Below are positions 53,329-62,334 of a stretch of DNA of 64,000 bases, in pieces. A model generated the notes under the pieces. That model was not told where the DNA came from. It saw only the letters and a program-made list of their open reading frames with translations, and did no database searches. Position 1 is the stretch's first letter; each line of letters opens with the position of its first letter. Source of the DNA: Candidatus Saccharimonadia bacterium. Lineage in GTDB: Bacteria > Patescibacteriota > Saccharimonadia > UBA4664. The DNA is taken from positions 15,680-79,679 of the forward strand of contig JBGTMQ010000017.1 in assembly GCA_041743505.1 (NCBI GenBank), written 5' to 3'. The position numbers and the translations under genes were made by a program.

Positions 53329-55131
53329 ATGGGCCCGTTCCTCAAAACGCTCGGCAAAATAGCCGCGGTCTGGCTCTTACTGCCGTTCCTGATCTTTCTC
53401 TATTGGGTATGCCTCAAGCTGATCGTACCCGGTTTTGGCGGCTGGCATACCGAACTCTGGCTATGGCTCGATAGATGGTTCTATTCGGGTGGTGGCTGGC
53501 TCTGGATATGGCTGGTAATTGTCTCAATCATCAGCCTGCTCATAGTCGCCGATGCCCTTGGTTACGAGTCCCGCAGCTCAAGACAGCTTCACGCCGGTCT
53601 CGGCCTTCTGCTGGTCATTAGCCTGCTCGTCTCGGGATTCCAGTTCATTAATGTAATCTGGAACAACGACAAGGACTGGGCCAAATACTACGCCAGCACC
53701 ACGACATTCGTCATACCGGATCTCAACAACCCACCGGCCTCCATCAGAAAACTGTTCGATCGGAATCCCCACGGGGACAACAAGCCGTGCGTCCTGCTCG
53801 GCCCGGTCAGCGTATCCGGAGAAGCCGACGATATCCCAGTTTGCATTACACCGGGCACACTGCCCATCGCAGGCTGGGAATCACGGGTGTCATCACTGGA
53901 TGCAGCAAAGTTCATGCTCAAAAACGCCTCTGGCGCCACCCCGGGCACGAACATCAACGAAGACACTGTCACCTATCTCAATGCCAGTAATGGCAACGCG
54001 GCCAGGTGGAGTGCCATCCGGGACGGCTCCGGTATTAGCCAACCCATGGACGCCATCATCGAGTGGACCGGCCAGGGTAGTCCCACGGCTTGCTTCTTCC
54101 GGGGCCCACACAGCATCAACCGGGCATTTGCGGGCGGCAAAATGAATAACCTCCCGAATCTGCTCAACGACCTCCATCCCCGGTTGCTCTTTGATACCAA
54201 AGACGCCTGGGGTTACTGCAATAACGGGGAGCCGGTTATTGTCCTACCTGTGCAGGAGCAGATTCACATCCCTACCCGGACAGCACAAACTGCCGCGGGT
54301 GTCGTGATTATGCGGGGATCGCCTTCGGGCGCTCCCAAGTTCGAGCACAAGCGCAACATCGCGCCTGGCGAGCTACCGGGGCCGGTTTACCCCATGACTC
54401 TGGTAGCCGCTCAACGCGAAGCCATCCCTTGGACGCCGGGCCGGGCCATCATGAACAACAACAACTTTGGCTACGATCCGACAACCCACGAGGCTCAAGA
54501 AGGGAATGTTTCGGAGTATCTGCTCCGCAGCGAAACCGACGACCGCCTCTACTGGGTTACCCCGCTCACCCCCAACGGAGACTCACAGGTCCTAGTTGGA
54601 TACTCAGTCACCCCGGCCGACACAGTCAACCAGGGTTCACTGAACGAGCAGAAGATCTACATGCTGGCTGATAACGATCCCAGGATTATCAACCTGGCCA
54701 TCTTGTTCAGCAAGGCTCAGAACTACATGGCCCACCTTAACCCCGGTTTCGCCTCGAATCATGGCAAGGTAACCGAATTCCTACCAACAGGCGGTGCCCA
54801 GGGTGATGAATGGCAAGCATATGGCGAGCTCAACGGACAGGTTATCTACAAGATCACCCTGTCAGCAAGCGAATCGGTTCACCCGATCGCCGTCTCGCTG
54901 CACCGGGACTTCCCACTGCCCAGTCCAGAGCAGCAGCTAGCCGGGACCACGCAGTCAGCTCCTTCAAGTCAACCAGCCCAACAGGGCCAAGCACCCACTA
55001 CCCAGACCCCCACCGGTCTGAACTGCGGGCGGCCACTTGATCAAATCCCTCCAACGGATCTGATCACGTGCATCAGGGGTTTCGCTGACGAGTTAGCTCG
55101 CCGGCCGGCCACAAACCAGCCTGGAGGCTGA
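53329..55131 (+). CDS. large membrane-anchored extracellular protein (600 aa; 3-4 N-terminal TM, Trp-rich; Gln/Pro/Thr-rich C-terminus)
   Basis: Hydrophobic N-terminus, long hydrophilic ectodomain; no family recognised. Confidence 0.5.
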   Translation: MGPFLKTLGKIAAVWLLLPFLIFLYWVCLKLIVPGFGGWHTELWLWLDRWFYSGGGWLWIWLVIVSIISLLIVADALGYESRSSRQLHAGLGLLLVISLLVSGFQFINVIWNNDKDWAKYYASTTTFVIPDLNNPPASIRKLFDRNPHGDNKPCVLLGPVSVSGEADDIPVCITPGTLPIAGWESRVSSLDAAKFMLKNASGATPGTNINEDTVTYLNASNGNAARWSAIRDGSGISQPMDAIIEWTGQGSPTACFFRGPHSINRAFAGGKMNNLPNLLNDLHPRLLFDTKDAWGYCNNGEPVIVLPVQEQIHIPTRTAQTAAGVVIMRGSPSGAPKFEHKRNIAPGELPGPVYPMTLVAAQREAIPWTPGRAIMNNNNFGYDPTTHEAQEGNVSEYLLRSETDDRLYWVTPLTPNGDSQVLVGYSVTPADTVNQGSLNEQKIYMLADNDPRIINLAILFSKAQNYMAHLNPGFASNHGKVTEFLPTGGAQGDEWQAYGELNGQVIYKITLSASESVHPIAVSLHRDFPLPSPEQQLAGTTQSAPSSQPAQQGQAPTTQTPTGLNCGRPLDQIPPTDLITCIRGFADELARRPATNQPGG

Positions 55132-55179
55132 CACAGCGCCCACCCCGCCGGCCTCAGAGCCGGCAACCCCCGCCAGTAC

Positions 55180-55234
55180 GGCGGAGTTCAGGACATCCAG
55201 TCCTGGGCTCCGCCCCTGGCGGTTTTTCTTTTAC
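55180..55234 (+). terminator. repeated terminator element, copy 2 (then GGTTTTTCTTTT)
   Basis: Same stem as copy 1 with a better T-run. Confidence 0.55.
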
Positions 55235-55316
55235 CCCCAACCAAATAGCCATTTCCCACCTCAGTTGACGAACCATATCAAACGTGTTATTAATAGTTAA
55301 GTTTTAAGTCTATTGG

Positions 55317-55381
55317 CAAATCTTTTCGTCCTAGCGGCTTTCGAGGGTAAAGTCCGGAAACGAGGAGGTTTGCTTCCTCGG
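55317..55381 (+). promoter_or_regulatory. conserved structured 5'-leader element, copy 2 (...GGTAAAGTCCGGAAACGAGGAGGTTTGCTTCCTCGG)
   Basis: See copy 1; lies about 70 nt upstream of the 55450 operon. Confidence 0.4.
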
Positions 55382-55449
55382 CTACAGCTCAGGCTGCTGC
55401 ACATTGACAGACAATTCCCACCCACGACCATACTCGGAGAGGAGGATCG

Positions 55450-56502
55450 ATGGGACGATTTATCAGCCTATGGCTAGCTATCCTCGGGCTCACGCTCCTG
55501 GCAACCCCATCAGCCAACGCCGCGACTTACCTCGAAGAGGCGGCCGCGGGGTTACAAGAGGCCAGAGTGTTTGTCTCTGCGCAAGCAGAAAACACCACCC
55601 CGGAAACCACCGGCCGGCTGGAACGGCTCCTCAATGATCGCGACGGCATTGTCATCGCGATACTGCCGGAAGCCGCTTCCACCGAAACCAACGGGGACGT
55701 CCAGGAATTCGCCCGCCGGCTCGACGCAAAGCTTGGCAATAAGTCCGTCGTAGCCGTCGCCATCGGCAAGAAAGTTGCGGCCTCCGCAGCAATTCTGCCT
55801 ACTGGTGTCGCTGTCGAGCAGGCCAAACGCGCCAGTACCGTCTCTTCCAACACGGAAGAAACCCTGGGCACGTTTATTGCCAATATCCACGACTACCAGC
55901 GAGCACACCCAGAGATCAAGATTCCTGCACCGCCAAGCGCTCCAGCGCCGGCCGAAACTGAATCCAGCAGCAATCTGGGCTGGATACTGATTGCGGCTTT
56001 GGCAGTCTCGTTCCTGATCGTCATCTTCATGCTCCTTGGCCCTGGATCGAAGCGGACGACACCAGTCGTGCCTCGTCCGGCCAACCCGGAGTTCGACCTC
56101 ACGTCGCCACCGGTCGTCCGCGAAGTTCTGTCAGGGGTTTTGGCCCTCCGGTCACAGATCCGCGACACCGAACTGCGGAGTACCATCACCCAGCTGGCTC
56201 AAGACATCGAATACTTGTTCGGTGAACTGAGTCAGAGCAAGGAAGTTGGCATCGTCGAGGTTAACGCTGACAGGTTCAACCAGAACCTAAATAGCATCCG
56301 GGAAGTCCTGGTCAAGTACATCAGGATCCAGGACAACCCGCGCTACTACCCACAGGAGTCGCTGGCCAAAGGCCGCCAATCAGTGGCCGATTTTGCCCAG
56401 CACGTACTGCAATGGACCCAGTCCGTCAGCAGTATGAGCCTCCTGGAGTACAACGTTAACACCGAGCTCCTGTCCACCCGTGAAAGGCGGCCAGGACAGT
56501 GA
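55450..56502 (+). CDS. TPM-domain-like membrane protein (signal peptide, extracytoplasmic TPM/YgcG-like domain, TM, cytoplasmic C-terminal domain)
   Basis: GGAGAGGAGG RBS; RLERLLNDRDGIVIAILPEAAS...AVAIGKKVAASAAIL resembles TPM-domain phosphatase-like proteins; one internal TM. Confidence 0.45.
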   Translation: MGRFISLWLAILGLTLLATPSANAATYLEEAAAGLQEARVFVSAQAENTTPETTGRLERLLNDRDGIVIAILPEAASTETNGDVQEFARRLDAKLGNKSVVAVAIGKKVAASAAILPTGVAVEQAKRASTVSSNTEETLGTFIANIHDYQRAHPEIKIPAPPSAPAPAETESSSNLGWILIAALAVSFLIVIFMLLGPGSKRTTPVVPRPANPEFDLTSPPVVREVLSGVLALRSQIRDTELRSTITQLAQDIEYLFGELSQSKEVGIVEVNADRFNQNLNSIREVLVKYIRIQDNPRYYPQESLAKGRQSVADFAQHVLQWTQSVSSMSLLEYNVNTELLSTRERRPGQ

Positions 56503-56858
56503 CCGGCAACCAAGACGGCCTCGTAGTCGTCGTTGACGGTCGCCTGACTCCTCGCTTCGCAGCTACCTTACTGCGAACATGCGAGGCAGCCATAGACCTG
56601 CTCGAGGACGTCCCCGTCCGCGAGTTATGGCTGCGGCACGATCTGCCGGATCGCACCGGCATCACCACGCTCGTTGAGTTTCTTGTCAGCGAGTCTCCCT
56701 GGGAGGGACGGTCACAGATCGAAACGATCGTTCTCTTCTCGCCGTCCGGTGATGGTGGTGAGCTCAAAGCCCTGCTTCAGCCTCACTACCAGATCCGGCT
56801 CGAAAAAGTTACCCCCGAATTGTTCGATGAGCTTCCCGAAGCTCTTGGAGAAAGGTAA
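56499..56858 (+). CDS. hypothetical protein (ATGA-coupled to the upstream gene)
   Basis: 119-aa ORF in an operon. Confidence 0.4.
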   Translation: MTGNQDGLVVVVDGRLTPRFAATLLRTCEAAIDLLEDVPVRELWLRHDLPDRTGITTLVEFLVSESPWEGRSQIETIVLFSPSGDGGELKALLQPHYQIRLEKVTPELFDELPEALGER

Positions 56859-56866
56859 GGCAGGTA

Positions 56867-57802
56867 ATGAAACGACGCACGAGAGTCTTGGCGCTGTTTC
56901 TCGGCATTATCGCCATGGTCGCCACCCTCGGAGCTTGCTCCTCGGCCACCAACACCGACCAGTGCGCCTGGGTGGTGGGCGATGGCCAAGACGGCGGCGA
57001 CCGCAACCTCCACCGGGTTGTCTACCCCGGTCAGGCTGCCAACGAGGGGGTGAACGAAGATGTTTGGTTTGTCCCCTGTAGTTACCGTAACTTCATCGTT
57101 ACCCCCCGTACTGACGTCGGTGACCGGCACGACGCCGTCCTCATCCGGACCAAGAGCCCGGACGGCCAAACACCGGGAACACCACTGAAGGTGTGGTTGT
57201 CGGCCTATTGGACTCCCAACCAGGACCGCGCCGCCATGGAAGATTTCTTGGCGCTGTGCCGAAAGTACACCTGCTACACGCAAAGTGCTGACGAGGCCGG
57301 TTCCGCCAATTACTCCACCCCGGGCTGGAACTCAATGCTACGGGAGAACTTCAGCTTCCCGATCGACCGCATTGGGCTGGTAGCAGGCACTGAGTTTGAC
57401 GACAGCCTTTGGCGTAACCCTTCCAAAGAGCAGACTGACAAACTCGCCAACCGGATGTCCGAGCTCTTCGCCGAGGAAGTCCGCCGCACTACCGGCTCCA
57501 ACAAGGACCTGTTCTGCGGATCAGGTAACTCTGCCTGGCCGGACCCCACCAAGCCTGGCGAGGGTGAGTTCAAGTGCACCCAGGTCCGGTTTGCCATTGA
57601 CCGGATCGAACCGGATGACCCGAAGCTCGTCGAGCAAACTAACCAGGCCAACGTCACCGACCAGCGCCGTCAGGATGCCGAGAAGCTTTACGGGCCTACT
57701 TGGGCGCCGTACTGGCTGGGCGTGCAGGACGCCTGCCGCGACAAGCCCAACTGCACCATCGTTGTCAGCCCCAACGGGAGCCTTCCGGTCCCCGTCCGCT
57801 GA
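56867..57802 (+). CDS. secreted lipoprotein (lipobox LGAC), Cys-containing
   Basis: Signal peptide with L-G-A-C lipobox; AGGTAAGGCAGG RBS region. Confidence 0.5.
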   Translation: MKRRTRVLALFLGIIAMVATLGACSSATNTDQCAWVVGDGQDGGDRNLHRVVYPGQAANEGVNEDVWFVPCSYRNFIVTPRTDVGDRHDAVLIRTKSPDGQTPGTPLKVWLSAYWTPNQDRAAMEDFLALCRKYTCYTQSADEAGSANYSTPGWNSMLRENFSFPIDRIGLVAGTEFDDSLWRNPSKEQTDKLANRMSELFAEEVRRTTGSNKDLFCGSGNSAWPDPTKPGEGEFKCTQVRFAIDRIEPDDPKLVEQTNQANVTDQRRQDAEKLYGPTWAPYWLGVQDACRDKPNCTIVVSPNGSLPVPVR

Positions 57803-57835
57803 TCCATCCGCCGCCTAGCCGGCACACCGCCTTGC

Positions 57836-57888
57836 GGCGGAGTTCAGGACATCTAGTCCTGGGCTCCGCCCCTGGCGGTTTTTTCTTT
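57836..57888 (+). terminator. repeated terminator element, copy 3 (then GGTTTTTTCTTT)
   Basis: Same stem as copies 1 and 2. Confidence 0.55.
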
Positions 57889-57919
57889 GCCTCTTCACCC
57901 CACCCTACACCGGCTCACT

Positions 57920-58978
57920 CTATACCAGCTCAGCCTTCAGTTTCTCAATCAAATCCACCGGCGTCGGGTCAATACCGTTCAAAAACGCCAGATACACCAT
58001 CACGAAATCACCCAAAATCATCGTCCATAGCATCTGCTCCAGCTTGGTTTTACCTTCGGCATAAACCTCAATCGGCGCAAACTGGCCTGAGCGCAGTTTA
58101 TTAGTCACATCAAAACGCTTCTGCACCTGAGGATGATCCAGGTTCGAGCGTAGCTCAATCACCCTCAGCCCGCTCCGTTCCGGGTGGTTCCAGCCCAAAA
58201 ATTCATTATGGTTAAATTCGGGAAAGTAATTATAAAAAGCCAAGTGCTTGGCATTCTCATTGGCATTAATCTTCCACTTCATCGCCGGCAGCGCCAAAGT
58301 CGGACCACCGTAAACCACCACCGGGTGACCCAACAGCTCGGCTGCAATCTGCTTGGCCGGATTATCAGCCGTCGGCACATCGGCCATCCAGGCAGGTAGC
58401 TCACCCGCTACCCAGTCTGCAGCCGCTTCTAGCTCCTTCTGAGCACCTTTAGCCAGTCCAAGCGTCTCCAACAGCACCGTCAGAGCCTTAACGCCGTACA
58501 GCACCGCCATACGCGGCTGCAGCCCACTTGGCAAATCCAAGTGTGGATGGCCGTGCGGCACAGTCCGGATGTGATGGTGATCTTTATCCTGAGCCAGCTC
58601 CAACAATTTGCCACCCGCCGTCATTACCACAATCTTGGCCCCGCGCTCCTCAGCCTGCTCCAGCATGCTCAGCGCCTCCTCGGTATTACCCGAGTAACTT
58701 GACGCCACCACCAGCGTGTCCGGTCCCACAAAGGCCGGCAGAGTATAATCACGGACAATCACAACCGGCAATGCCAAACGGTCTGCCAGCCAGCTTTTAG
58801 CAAATTCCGCCGGTAGCGCCGAACCCCCTAAGCCGGCTACCACGATCTGCCTTATGTTCACTAGCTTGCTAACATCGGCTAGTTCATATTGATGGTTCAA
58901 TTGGTCCGGTTGCCCGGCTATCACACCAAGGGCGTTGTGCTTATCGTAACGCGCGATAAAATCAGCTTGGTCCAGCAT
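57920..58978 (-). CDS. bifunctional phosphoglucose/phosphomannose isomerase (SIS-domain PGI/PMI)
   Basis: Two SIS-like halves; VVASSYSGNTEEALS...GAKIVVMTAGGKL typical of archaeal/bacterial bifunctional PGI/PMI. Confidence 0.65.
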   Translation of the reverse strand: MLDQADFIARYDKHNALGVIAGQPDQLNHQYELADVSKLVNIRQIVVAGLGGSALPAEFAKSWLADRLALPVVIVRDYTLPAFVGPDTLVVASSYSGNTEEALSMLEQAEERGAKIVVMTAGGKLLELAQDKDHHHIRTVPHGHPHLDLPSGLQPRMAVLYGVKALTVLLETLGLAKGAQKELEAAADWVAGELPAWMADVPTADNPAKQIAAELLGHPVVVYGGPTLALPAMKWKINANENAKHLAFYNYFPEFNHNEFLGWNHPERSGLRVIELRSNLDHPQVQKRFDVTNKLRSGQFAPIEVYAEGKTKLEQMLWTMILGDFVMVYLAFLNGIDPTPVDLIEKLKAELV

Positions 58979-59050
58979 ACCTCTAGTCTCCTTGCCAGGT
59001 ATTATGACATGAAGCGGCCCCCGAGTCTTGCAAGACTCGGGGGCCGGTAT

Positions 59051-59659
59051 TCATCCTCCGGCGGATACCGCTGGGAGCAGCCTGCTCACAATTCTCCGGG
59101 CCTTCATCAATACCTGTTCGAGGCTATTGAGATCCCGCCGGGACGAATAGCGTGAAACCGGGCGTCGCAACGACTCCCGGTCCGTTTGCCAAAGCCCACC
59201 ATGGCCATTAAGCCGGGACCCATGCTCGCCCATGAGTACAGTCCGTGCTACCTCAAGCCGGTCAGCCCGCTCAGCATGTCTCTGAACGTTACCTTCAGCT
59301 ACGCAAACCGCTCGCGCCAATTCATACCGCCGGGCTATGCCGGTCGAAACAGTGCGGTAAACCCGCCCATTACCCAAAACGCCCAGAAGTTTGTCTCCAT
59401 ATTCGCCGAGTAAGGCTTCGCGGCGGCTACGAACACTATCAGCCAACACCGCCCATCCTATCTGAAGACACCACAAAATACCTGAACGGTAGTTGGGACC
59501 GGCATCCACGGGGACAGGTGGGGCCAGCGTTTCCAGAACACGACCCGTTACCACAGCCAGACCGCCGGCCCGGACAAACGCTCCACGGTAATCTTCCAGC
59601 CTTTCAGCCGATGGAATGCCGCCGTTGCTACCGGTCTTGTCGCCTGCCATAACGACCAC
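59051..59659 (-). CDS. hypothetical protein (GC-rich gene)
   Basis: 202-aa ORF with GC content clearly above the window average. Confidence 0.4.
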   Translation of the reverse strand: MVVMAGDKTGSNGGIPSAERLEDYRGAFVRAGGLAVVTGRVLETLAPPVPVDAGPNYRSGILWCLQIGWAVLADSVRSRREALLGEYGDKLLGVLGNGRVYRTVSTGIARRYELARAVCVAEGNVQRHAERADRLEVARTVLMGEHGSRLNGHGGLWQTDRESLRRPVSRYSSRRDLNSLEQVLMKARRIVSRLLPAVSAGG

Positions 59660-59852
59660 TCCTTAGCGTAAAGCCGCACGGATTGTCGACGATCACCTTA
59701 CAAAATCCCGTAAGGACTAACTATATTATAGATTATTTCTACCGCTTGAAAGTTTAATGCTAATCTAAACACTCAAGTGGTATGACAACACGTGCAGTAA
59801 TATGGTTTGGAGGGTGGCCGGCGCAGCCGGCCACCCTCCAACGAAAAACTAG

Positions 59853-60740
59853 TCAGACCTTCTTGCCACGAGCATCAAGGATAGCCTTGTTACGCTCACG
59901 GCCTCGGGCCCGGGCTGCCTCATTGCCACGGCGGCCACCACCTCGGACACGAGGCGACTCGGTAAGCCCGCGGACAAATGCCACGAAATCCTCGATGGCG
60001 TCAGCCAGGACCTTGAGCTTCTTCTCGTCGGTGGTGAGCCGGGACTTGGTACTCACGATTCGCACCCACTTGTAGCGGTCATCTCGCCTGAGCAAGTGCT
60101 CGTGCGCATCCCACAGCTCGGAACGCCTGGTTTCGAGCTCGTGCCACCGGCTATCCAATCCTTCCGCAGCCAGCGCATCGGCCTCATCGGCCAATGCCTG
60201 CGCCCGGTAGGCAGCCACCCGCTCCTCAGCGATCCCAACTGCCCGGGTAAGGTCCCGGATGTCAGGATTCTGGGAAAGGAGGATTCGGTAAGGCCAGCCG
60301 CGGCCAATAGCCAGCGGCAGCTCATCCTGGAGCCCGACCAAGTCATTGCAACGCTTCCTCAGTTGAGAAAAGCGGAGCATGCCCTCGCCAATGGTAAGTG
60401 CCCAGCTAACGCTAGAGCGCTTGCTGCGGTCAAAGTCCACGTCGTCTTCGGGCAAATCACCCACAAGCACGTCATGCACCCGACCGTTCACCAACTCAAG
60501 ACCGCCGTCAGCCACGAAGGCTGCATGGCGCTGCCTAAGCTCCGCGGCGGCCGGAACAGGCGGCGGCTTGCGCTTGGACTTGCATCCGGTCCCGGGCTTG
60601 GTCACCGCGCCGTTCACGGCGGGAGCCTTGGGGCCAGGCTTCGCCACGGTGGCGGGATCAACGACAGTAGAAGTGGTCATCGGGACCAGTCCTTTCAGTA
60701 GTACTACACGTGTTGTCAGGGTAACACCCGGCGAAAACAA
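59853..60740 (-). CDS. hypothetical protein (GC-rich; likely start MTTSTVV at 60680)
   Basis: 295-aa ORF; Ala/Arg-rich; large palindrome in its upstream region. Confidence 0.4.
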   Translation of the reverse strand: MFSPGVTLTTRVVLLKGLVPMTTSTVVDPATVAKPGPKAPAVNGAVTKPGTGCKSKRKPPPVPAAAELRQRHAAFVADGGLELVNGRVHDVLVGDLPEDDVDFDRSKRSSVSWALTIGEGMLRFSQLRKRCNDLVGLQDELPLAIGRGWPYRILLSQNPDIRDLTRAVGIAEERVAAYRAQALADEADALAAEGLDSRWHELETRRSELWDAHEHLLRRDDRYKWVRIVSTKSRLTTDEKKLKVLADAIEDFVAFVRGLTESPRVRGGGRRGNEAARARGRERNKAILDARGKKV

Positions 60741-60944
60741 AGTTTCCGTAGGGAATTAAACATCATAGCATAAGTAATTTAACTTGTCAATAGCTAAAGA
60801 CCTGAGTCTCAAACCCCCTAGCAATATTGGGTTACACGTTATGAAAGGTGCTTATATAAGTTACTTTCATAACGTGTAAAGACATAATGGCACCCTTCTT
60901 GGCCGGTCAATGTTAAGCTTTTAGACTCAGGTTTAAAGATCAAG

Positions 60945-61865
60945 CTACTGATAATACCGGTGCGGCGCATGAACCCGCGATTCATAATCCGCATGAAGCG
61001 CCTGCCGCACCTCACGGCGCAGAATATCCAGCCCGCGCCGGGTTATCCGAAAGTCCTCAATCGCTTCCCGCGGCACCGACACCTCCAGATGCAGGTGACC
61101 GTGCTTGCGAATCGTCAAAGGCCGGTACAAGCCGCTCTTGGCATCAATAGTCACCAGATCCCCCTGCCAGTGAGCGACGAAATCATACCCGGTCAAATCC
61201 TCGTCCACCGTAGCATAACGCGAGCCTTCCAGCTCCGGCAGCCCCATTATCGCAGCGTGCAGCGCCACTTCCGACACCGCCCCCGTAATCTCGCCCACTA
61301 CCCAGCTATGCACACCCAAGCTCGCCCGGGTTAGCCAGTCCGTCAGCTCATGGCGGTTCAATTGGTCGCCGTACCGGGCAATCAGCCCCCGCAACAAATG
61401 ATTGTAAATACAGGCCTCACGCCGCAGCATCTCATAGTGATGACCTACCGCCACCCTGCCCTCGTGGTTCAAGTCCCCGTGATGCAGTTGCTCCCGGTCT
61501 TCATCCAGCTGCCGCTGCGTAGTAGCCTGCCGCCGCCCGTCCGCAATAATCTCGCTAAACCGGCGCAGATCCTCGCCCGGCTCATGCTCCACAAATCGCT
61601 CCCAGAGCTGCGTCTGCGCCTCACTCAGCCCCACCTGCGGCCGGAGTACCTCCAGCAGCCCGATAATTGCTTCGGCCCGCTGCTCAAAGTCCCAATGCTG
61701 CAAATGCCGTGTTGCTGTTCCGATAGCCATAACTACTACTAGCGTACCTCGGCGCGGGCCCAAAAGAAAGTGCGTACAATCAAACCAAAGATCGTACGCA
61801 CCAGCAGCATTTAATTTAAACCCGCGTACCCCGCCGCCCGCAACCGGCAAGCAGAGCAGGCCCAA
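60945..61865 (-). CDS. hypothetical protein
   Basis: 306-aa ORF; His-rich central region; true start may be internal. Confidence 0.35.
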   Translation of the reverse strand: MGLLCLPVAGGGVRGFKLNAAGAYDLWFDCTHFLLGPRRGTLVVVMAIGTATRHLQHWDFEQRAEAIIGLLEVLRPQVGLSEAQTQLWERFVEHEPGEDLRRFSEIIADGRRQATTQRQLDEDREQLHHGDLNHEGRVAVGHHYEMLRREACIYNHLLRGLIARYGDQLNRHELTDWLTRASLGVHSWVVGEITGAVSEVALHAAIMGLPELEGSRYATVDEDLTGYDFVAHWQGDLVTIDAKSGLYRPLTIRKHGHLHLEVSVPREAIEDFRITRRGLDILRREVRQALHADYESRVHAPHRYYQ

Positions 61866-62026
61866 GTGTGTCCCACTAATGCCTGCCAGGCCATAAAAGC
61901 CAACTCTGGATCCGCTTCCGGATCAGACACCGGCGGAGACACGTAAATACCCTCAAGCACCTCCGCACACAGCGGCTCAAGCGGATAATGCTGTTGTAAT
62001 GCGACATCAATCCGGTCAGTTATCAT
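61811..62026 (-). CDS. hypothetical small protein (71 aa, Cys-containing)
   Basis: ORF only; weak. Confidence 0.2.
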   Translation of the reverse strand: MITDRIDVALQQHYPLEPLCAEVLEGIYVSPPVSDPEADPELAFMAWQALVGHTWACSACRLRAAGYAGLN

Positions 62027-62146
62027 TCACTTCCTCTCACGGGCCCGGGATCACACAAAACCGCCCTCAGACCATTGCACAAAGCCAAAATCTGTGCAAT
62101 AGTTACTCGGCACTATTGCAGACACCACCAAAGGAGGCCAGTTGCA

Positions 62147-62314
62147 ATGGCAAACCAGCCTGGCCCCCACGACGGGGACCAAACTGACCCGCTCACCCGG
62201 GAAGCCACAGAATTGCAAGAATTGCTCGACACCGAATTGCCCCTAATGCTGGATGTAAACAACCTCGACCCAACCGGCATCTCTGCAACCGTTCAAGAAC
62301 CAATCAATCCCTAG
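62147..62314 (+). CDS. small acidic protein (55 aa, MANQPGPHDGDQTDPLTREATELQELLDTELPLMLDVNNLDPTGISATVQEPINP)
   Basis: Strong AAAGGAGG RBS 8 nt before the ATG; the ORF-track entry starts at 62075, but the RBS argues for 62147. Confidence 0.35.
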   Translation: MANQPGPHDGDQTDPLTREATELQELLDTELPLMLDVNNLDPTGISATVQEPINP

Positions 62315-62334
62315 CGGCTTCGTCAGAAGCCTCC

